The translations under genes were made by a program, and so were the position numbers. Of a stretch of 43,521 nt of DNA, positions 37,945 through 43,521 are shown in pieces. This stretch comes from Oscillospiraceae bacterium (GTDB lineage: Bacteria > Bacillota > Clostridia > Oscillospirales > Ruminococcaceae): contig JAHZHS010000003.1 of assembly GCA_019420135.1 (NCBI GenBank), positions 1,824-45,344 of the forward strand, read 5' to 3'. How positions within the stretch are numbered: the stretch's first letter is position 1; each line of letters begins with the position of its first letter. The notes beneath the pieces were generated by a model. That model did no database searches and was not told the origin of the DNA. It saw only the letters and a list, made by a program, of their open reading frames with translations.

Positions 37945-39102
37945 ATGCGTGAGATCGAAATGACCGGCAAGACGGTGGAACTGGCGGTTCAGGCTGCCTG
38001 CGAAGCCCTGGGCGTTGACCGGGACGACATCAACGTCAGCTACGAGGTTCTGGATTTCCCTGTGAAGAAGCTGTTCAAGACCATCCCCGCCCGGGTGCTG
38101 GTCAAGGTGGACGAGCCCGAATCCGCCGCAGCCGCCGAGACACCCGCCGCGCCCGCTGTGGCTGAGGCAGCTGCTCCCGCGGCCCCCAAGGCGGAGGAAG
38201 CCGCTCCCGCAAAGGAAACCGCCGCCGAGGCAGAAGCCGCTGAAGAAACCTCTCCTGCGGAGGAGACCGCTCCCGAAACCGAGGCAGCCCAGGCCGACGA
38301 GGAAATTGCCCTGGACATTGCCGCCGACCAGCGCCTGACCGCCGCCGTGGACTACCTGCGCCCCATCTGTGAGATGATGGGCGCCTCCAACCTGGAGTTC
38401 ACCGCCGTCAAGAAGGGCGAGGCCACCATCCTGCGCATCCAGGGCGACCACGTGGGGGTTCTCATCGGCCGCCGGGGCGAGACGATGGAGAGCCTGAGCT
38501 ACCTGACCAGCCTGGTGGTCAACCGGATGGAGGGCAGCTACGTCAAGCTGGGCCTGGATGTGGCGGGCTACCGCGGCAAGCGGGAGGACGACCTGGCTGC
38601 CCTGGCCGGCCGCCTGTGCGAGCGGGTCAAGCGCACCGGCTGCTACTATGAGATGGAGCCCATGAACCCCTACGAGCGGCACATCATCCACACCGCCGTG
38701 GCCGCCATCGACGGCGTCCGCAGCGAGAGCAAGGGCGAGGGCACCGACCGCCGTGTGGTCATTTACTCCACCGATCCCGACGCCTGCAACCTGCCCGACC
38801 GGGAGAGCGGACGCCGTTCTCACGGCGGCAACCGTGGCCGCGACAATGGCCGTGGCCGCGGGGGCAACCGCGGCGGACGGGGCGGCTTCCGGGGCGACAA
38901 CCGCCGTGGCGGTGACCGCGGCGGACGGAGCGGACGTTCCGGCGGACGGGGCGGCAATGGCCGCGGACGCGGTTCCTACGTGCCCGGCCGTGAGTTTGCC
39001 GATACCCCCCGGGATCCCGATGCCCGTCCTCAGGCACCGGCCCCCGTGGAGCGCATCCACGACGGTGACGACTTTGCCATGTTCGGCAAGATCGAGCTGT
39101 AA
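37945..39102 (+). CDS. jag: RNA-binding protein Jag/EloR/KhpB
   Basis: Jag_N (GKTVELAV), KH (LIGRRGETM), R3H (MNPYERHIIH), synteny after yidC. Confidence 0.95.
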   Translation: MREIEMTGKTVELAVQAACEALGVDRDDINVSYEVLDFPVKKLFKTIPARVLVKVDEPESAAAAETPAAPAVAEAAAPAAPKAEEAAPAKETAAEAEAAEETSPAEETAPETEAAQADEEIALDIAADQRLTAAVDYLRPICEMMGASNLEFTAVKKGEATILRIQGDHVGVLIGRRGETMESLSYLTSLVVNRMEGSYVKLGLDVAGYRGKREDDLAALAGRLCERVKRTGCYYEMEPMNPYERHIIHTAVAAIDGVRSESKGEGTDRRVVIYSTDPDACNLPDRESGRRSHGGNRGRDNGRGRGGNRGGRGGFRGDNRRGGDRGGRSGRSGGRGGNGRGRGSYVPGREFADTPRDPDARPQAPAPVERIHDGDDFAMFGKIEL

Positions 39103-39122
39103 GACAGCCTCATAAAACCAGC

Positions 39123-39179
39123 ATCCCCCGCACCCGGCTGAGGAGACTCAGCCCCGGGTGCGGGGGATTTTTGTTTTTT
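39123..39179 (+). terminator. Intrinsic terminator after jag
   Basis: ATCCCCCGCACCCGG/CCGGGTGCGGGGGAT stem plus T runs. Confidence 0.85.
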
Positions 39180-39335
39180 CGATGTTGGCATCTGCTTCGG
39201 GGTGGGCGGTTTGGGCAGGGGAGAGGAGAGGGTGCTGTTCCCTTTCCGGAGATTTTTTCCCGGGCGGCAGTTGCTGCGAGGGCCAGCTTTTTTCTCTGTC
39301 ACCCCGTCGGGGTGTTGCGTGGGGGTGTTCGCCGG

Positions 39336-40067
39336 TCACAGCAGCGCCCGGCAGAGGGCCAGGATTGCCAGATGGGCGGGGTAGAACAGATAGAAGAAGT
39401 ATTTGGAGATCCGGGGATGTGCCAGGGCGAAGGGAGAGCGCCGGCCGCTGTATCCCAGCAGGATCACCGCCCCGGACACCAGGATGCCCAGACAGGCACC
39501 TCCCCCATGCAGGGCCGCCGGCCCGCTGTCCATGCCCAGGTAGGTGTAGTTCGTCCACTCAAACCAGAAAAACAGCGCCGCCGCACTGCCGAAGGCCACC
39601 GCCTGACGCCGGGGAGTGGTGCCTGCCCAGGCGAAGAGCAGGGTATAGCAGGCGGCCAGCAGCGGCCAGTCGCAAAAGACGGTGGCCATGGCCAGCACAA
39701 ACACCGCCGCCCCCCGCAGAGCAGGATTCCGGATGCCCTCCCGGGCCCACAGCATGAGGAAGCAGAGGGCCAGGGTGAACATCATGTTCAGCTGCCCGAT
39801 GCCCAACGCCAGCCCGTACACCGGCTGAGCGACCACCCCGAAGAGCAGCAGCCGCAGGGCGTAGTCCCGGCGGGAATGGGTGTACCGGAAGCCCTCCACC
39901 AGGAAAAAGCACATGGTCACGGCGGTAAAGTAGCCGATGTCGGTGAGGACCTCATAAGCCGGGGTTCCGGCAGGCAGCAGGGCGATGGCAAAATGGTTGC
40001 ATGCCATGGTGAGCATGGCCGCCAGCTTGATGCCGTCCCGGGAAAAAGGGCGGTTTTTCTGGGTCAT
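39336..40067 (-). CDS. TraX-family membrane protein (putative acyltransferase)
   Basis: IKLAAMLTMACNH, LVEGF.YT, NMMFTL, YSGRR, KYFFYLFYPAHL. Confidence 0.88.
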   Translation of the reverse strand: MTQKNRPFSRDGIKLAAMLTMACNHFAIALLPAGTPAYEVLTDIGYFTAVTMCFFLVEGFRYTHSRRDYALRLLLFGVVAQPVYGLALGIGQLNMMFTLALCFLMLWAREGIRNPALRGAAVFVLAMATVFCDWPLLAACYTLLFAWAGTTPRRQAVAFGSAAALFFWFEWTNYTYLGMDSGPAALHGGGACLGILVSGAVILLGYSGRRSPFALAHPRISKYFFYLFYPAHLAILALCRALL

Positions 40068-40106
40068 ACATCTTTCCTTTCCACGGGCGGTGGGGGAGGC
40101 GGGCAG

Positions 40107-40371
40107 TTTTCCACCCCATTTTTCCACCCCACAGCCGGAAATTGCCCGGCCCCGCCCTTGTTTTCACTTCTTTTGCGCGAGATAATATTACAATACACCG
40201 TACATTCCTCTGCCGTCAACAGGGTTTTCAACATTTCGTTGAAAACCCTGTTGAAAACGGTGGAAAAGGGGTGTTTTTCTGGGGAAAACCCTGTGGAAAG
40301 GGGAAAAAAGGCCCTTTTTTGCCCCCAAAAACCCCGTTTTGGGCCCTTTGGAGGCACCAGATTGTGGAAAA
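40107..40371. promoter_or_regulatory. DnaA-box cluster 2 with a 17-bp inverted repeat
   Basis: TGTGGAAAA (40363), TGTGGAAAG (40292), TTTTCAACA (40225), TGTTGAAAA (40249), GGTGGAAAA (40259), TTTTCCACC (40107, 40120). Inverted repeat 40216-40232/40238-40254. Confidence 0.65.
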
Positions 40372-40394
40372 CTTCACCTCCTGCCGGGCTGCTC

Positions 40395-40423
40395 TTGTCA
40401 GATGGGGGCGTGCGGGATATACT
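40395..40423 (+). promoter_or_regulatory. SigA-type promoter upstream of the thioesterase
   Basis: TTGTCA-17 bp-TATACT. Confidence 0.7.
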
Positions 40424-40664
40424 GACAGTATCCCATCATTCCGCGGGGCCCATCGCCAGAACACAGGGCGGTGCATTCTGTCCCGATGCCCGGGCCTTTG
40501 CCGGGCATCCTGCCGCCCTCCTCGCCCTTTGCAGGGTTCCATCTGCACGGTTGCATAAGAAATTTTTTCGGCCTCGCTGCCGGACCTTCCCTTTCTTGTG
40601 CCGCTCACCCCCTGCAAAAGGCCCCCTGGCCTGGAAGCGCCGCACTCACAGGAGGATTCTCTGT

Positions 40665-41054
40665 ATGCTGCAACCCGGAATTTCCGGCGAGGCCCGCTGC
40701 CTCGTCACTGCCGAAACTACTGCCGCCGCCATGGGCAGCGGCGCCCTGGAGGTCTTTGCCACCCCCGCCATGATCGCCCTCATTGAAAAAGCCGCCTGGC
40801 AGAGTGTCCAGCCCCATCTGGAGGAGGGCTGCGGCACGGTGGGCACCGCCCTGCGGGTGCGCCACCTGGCCGCCACGCCGGTGGGCATGGAAGTCACCGC
40901 CAAAACCGAACTGGTGGAGGTGGACGGACGGCGGCTGGTGTTCCGCGTGGAAGTCCGCGATGCCAAGGGCGTGGTGGGCGACGGGGAACATGAACGCTTC
41001 ATCGTCAAAAATGAGAGTTTTCTGAAAAAGGCAAAGGCCAAGCTGGGGGAGTGA
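40665..41054 (+). CDS. Hot-dog-fold thioesterase (FlK-like)
   Basis: TA..MGSG.LEVFATPAMIALIE, TVGT...RHLAATPVG, GEHERFIV. AGGAGG RBS. Confidence 0.92.
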   Translation: MLQPGISGEARCLVTAETTAAAMGSGALEVFATPAMIALIEKAAWQSVQPHLEEGCGTVGTALRVRHLAATPVGMEVTAKTELVEVDGRRLVFRVEVRDAKGVVGDGEHERFIVKNESFLKKAKAKLGE

Positions 41055-41459
41055 TTCCCAGGCGGGCGCCCCAAACTATTTTCCATACCGAGCGACCGGA
41101 GCCCGCCGCAACCCGGACGAGTAACCCCAGGGCGGGCGCCATCCATCCCCGGCATCGCCGGTTTTCTCCTTGCCTTTTTTGCCGTTTTTCTTGCCGGGTT
41201 TTCTCTTTCCATGGAAAGCCATTGCATGCCGCCCCGGCCGTAGCAAGCCGCCCGGCCCTATACCTATCTTCGCCCATCGCCCCCACGCATACAAAAGAAC
41301 TTTTCCTGTTTGTTTTGCTGGCCAACGGCAGGGCTTTGGGTGGAAGGCGGTTTCCTCGCGGGGATGGGAGAGGGCCTGGGCCGGCTGACCGTTTTGCCAT
41401 GCCCGTTCCGGGGCTTTGTTCCGCCTTTTCCCGCCGCCTGTTGCGGGGAAGGGCGGACG

Positions 41460-41488
41460 TTGTTCCGGGGCGGGTTTTGTGGTATCAT
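41460..41488 (+). promoter_or_regulatory. Probable mnmE promoter
   Basis: TTGTTC-17 bp-TATCAT with extended -10 TG. Confidence 0.55.
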
Positions 41489-41561
41489 AGTGGTGTATAT
41501 GTCTTTTTGTTCCCGGCTGTCGGAGCCGGGGGATATCCCGCGAAAAAAGGAGATTTTTCGG

Positions 41562-42959
41562 ATGCTGCTGCGCAATACTGTCTGTGCGCTGGCCACACCG
41601 CCCGGGGAGGGCGGCATTGCGGTGGTGCGCCTGTCCGGGCCGGACGCCTACCCCATTGCGGAAAAGGTGTTCGTCCCGCTGCACAAGAACAAAAAGGTGG
41701 CCGACGCCAAGGGCTACACCGCCCTGTTCGGGCATTTTGTGCTGAACGGCACCGAGATGGACGAGACAGTGGCCCTGTTTTACCGGGCGCCCCACAGCTA
41801 CACCGGGGAGGACGTGATCGAGCTGTCGGTCCACGGGGGCAGCGTCATGGCGGATGCCCTCATTGAGGCCCTGCTGGCGGCGGGGGCGGCTCCGGCCGGG
41901 CCGGGGGAATTCACCCGCCGCGCCCTGGAAAACGGCCGCATGAGCCTGACCCAGGCCGAGGCGGTCATGGAAATCATCTCGGCAGGGGGACGGCAGGGGG
42001 CTGCCCTGGCCAAGAGTGCCCTGGACGGCCGCCTGGCCGCCGAGACCGAGGAGATCAAGCAGTCGCTGCGGGGTCTGGCCGCCCATCTCACCGCCTGGGT
42101 GGACTACCCCGAGGAGGACGTGCCCGAGCTGGCCCCCCAGGAGCTGCGCGGAACACTCTCCCAGGCCAAGGAAAAGCTGGACCGGTGGATCGCGGGCTAC
42201 GGCGCGGGTGCTGTCCTGCGCCGGGGAGTGGACTGCGTGCTGCTGGGCCGCCCCAACGTGGGCAAGAGCACGCTGCTCAATCTGCTGGCGGGCTTTGACC
42301 GGGCCATCGTGACGCCGGTGGCGGGCACCACCCGGGACGTGGTGGAACAGGCGGTGCAGCTGGGAGATACCGGCATCCGCCTCAACCTGTTCGACACGGC
42401 GGGGGTGCGCAGCGAGGCCGAGACAGACGACGCCATCGAGGCGGAGGGCATCCGCCGCAGCTGGAAAAAGCTGGAGGAAGCCGGGCTGGTGCTGGCGGTG
42501 TTTGACGCCGGGCAGCCGGTGACCGAGGCGGATGTGGAGCTGGCAAAGCGGTGCCAGGGCCGGCCCGCCCTGGCCATCTTCAACAAGCAGGATCTGGCGG
42601 CGGAGAATACCGGCTTTGACGAGACGATGCTGCTGCCCTATTTCAGGAGCGCGGTGCGGCTGTGTGCCAAAGATGCGGCCAGCCTCAAGCCCCTGTGCGA
42701 CGCGGTGGCCGAGCTTCTGGGCACGGCAAAGCTGGACCCGGGGGCTGCGGCGCTGGTGAATGCCCGGCAGTTTGCGGCGGCATCGGCGGCCCGGGACGCG
42801 GTACAGGAGGCCATCCATGCGGTGGATACCGGTTTCGGACTGGACGCGGCGGGGGTCTGCATCGAGGACGCCCTCCACGCCCTGGCCGACCTCACCGGTG
42901 AGGACGCCACCGAGGCGGTCATTGACCAGGTGTTTGAGACTTTCTGCGTAGGTAAATGA
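41562..42959 (+). CDS. mnmE: tRNA modification GTPase MnmE
   Basis: ATPPGEGGIAVVRLSG, SYTGED, GEFTRRA, GRPNVGKS, GTTRD, DTAG, NKQD, C-terminal FCVGK. Confidence 0.98.
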   Translation: MLLRNTVCALATPPGEGGIAVVRLSGPDAYPIAEKVFVPLHKNKKVADAKGYTALFGHFVLNGTEMDETVALFYRAPHSYTGEDVIELSVHGGSVMADALIEALLAAGAAPAGPGEFTRRALENGRMSLTQAEAVMEIISAGGRQGAALAKSALDGRLAAETEEIKQSLRGLAAHLTAWVDYPEEDVPELAPQELRGTLSQAKEKLDRWIAGYGAGAVLRRGVDCVLLGRPNVGKSTLLNLLAGFDRAIVTPVAGTTRDVVEQAVQLGDTGIRLNLFDTAGVRSEAETDDAIEAEGIRRSWKKLEEAGLVLAVFDAGQPVTEADVELAKRCQGRPALAIFNKQDLAAENTGFDETMLLPYFRSAVRLCAKDAASLKPLCDAVAELLGTAKLDPGAAALVNARQFAAASAARDAVQEAIHAVDTGFGLDAAGVCIEDALHALADLTGEDATEAVIDQVFETFCVGK

Positions 42960-43039
42960 CAGTCCAGGCGGGCGGCAGGCTCCCGGACCGGGGAGCTGTT
43001 CCCGTTTTGACCGTCTGAGCAGGGAAGGGGAGTTGCGGA

Positions 43040-43504
43040 GTGAAAACGGCACTGAAAATCTGTGCTGCGGTATTTGGCCTTGTGGGCGTGGTCTTTCTGG
43101 CTGTGGGTGCCGGGGTGTGCTATGTCACCGGGCTGCGCTGGCCGCTGATCCACGTGGGACTGGGCGCGGTGTTTGTCATCCTGGCCATCAGCTTTGTAAT
43201 CTATCTGCGCCGCCGCGCCGCCACGGAAGCCCGCCTGTTGGAAACCGGCACCCGCATCCAGGCGAACATTGACGATATATCGTTAAATTATTCCGTCCGG
43301 GTCAACTGGCGGCATCCGTATGTCATCCAGTGTTCCTGGCTGGATTCCCAGACCGGGAAGGTCTACGTCTTTCACTCCGATTCCATCTGGTACAACCCCA
43401 CCCCCTATCTGGGCGACCGCACCACCCTGCCGGTATACATTGACCCGGACAATCCCAAACATTATGTGGTGGATACCGAGGGGATTCTGCCGCCGAAAGG
43501 GTGA
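43040..43504 (+). CDS. DUF3592-like membrane protein
   Basis: Two N-terminal TM helices, then a beta-rich domain ending PVYIDPDNP..Y. Confidence 0.7.
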   Translation: MKTALKICAAVFGLVGVVFLAVGAGVCYVTGLRWPLIHVGLGAVFVILAISFVIYLRRRAATEARLLETGTRIQANIDDISLNYSVRVNWRHPYVIQCSWLDSQTGKVYVFHSDSIWYNPTPYLGDRTTLPVYIDPDNPKHYVVDTEGILPPKG

Positions 43505-43521
43505 GTTTTGCTTTTCTTTTT

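Noticed and set aside
39336..40067. TraX as evidence of a conjugative element
   Set aside because: No other transfer, integrase or relaxase genes; TraX-family genes are commonly stand-alone chromosomal genes in Firmicutes.
40424..40460. Fluoride riboswitch near the FlK-like gene (GGCGATGG on the minus strand)
   Set aside because: Wrong strand and lacks the downstream pairing and pseudoknot elements.
41055..41459. Small ORFs in the thioesterase-mnmE spacer
   Set aside because: No convincing RBS, codon bias or motif.
1..43521. CRISPR arrays, IS elements, prophage genes, invertible-promoter recombinase, rRNA or tRNA genes
   Set aside because: No spaced direct-repeat array, transposase, integrase or structural RNA gene recognised by eye.

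Overview
High-GC (visually about 65%) chromosomal window from a Firmicute. Gene content and promoter style suggest an Oscillospiraceae/Ruminococcaceae-like gut clostridium (inference). Left end: 5' part of a GH2 beta-galactosidase on the minus strand. Divergent from it is a ~17 kb surface-glycan locus. Its first block has three GT4, a GINT1-like propeller protein, a GT-D-like protein, a GT11 alpha-1,2-fucosyltransferase, a GT2, a Wzx flippase, an NXN-type GT6 and a GT-C-like membrane protein. A separately promoted five-gene operon follows: polyprenol-P GT2, SDR epimerase, nucleotidyltransferase, a flippase-kinase fusion and a HAD phosphatase. Middle: a mosaic surface protein, MscS, an OmpR/HAMP two-component system with a lipoprotein, glycerate kinase, MATE, an LtaS-family protein, patatin, a candidate sRNA, a DnaA-box cluster, a degenerate GH115 and an HD protein. 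Right: the origin-type block rpmH-rnpA-yidD-yidC-jag ... mnmE with no dnaA in the window, plus a second DnaA-box cluster. Best leads: (1) a GT11+GT6 pair predicted to build a blood-group-A-like epitope; (2) a self-contained Gtr-like glycan-decoration system with its own donor synthesis and a flippase-kinase fusion; (3) a promoter- and terminator-bounded structured sRNA with an exposed anti-SD; (4) DnaA-box clusters uncoupled from dnaA. All family calls rest on motifs recognised by eye; no database searches were run.
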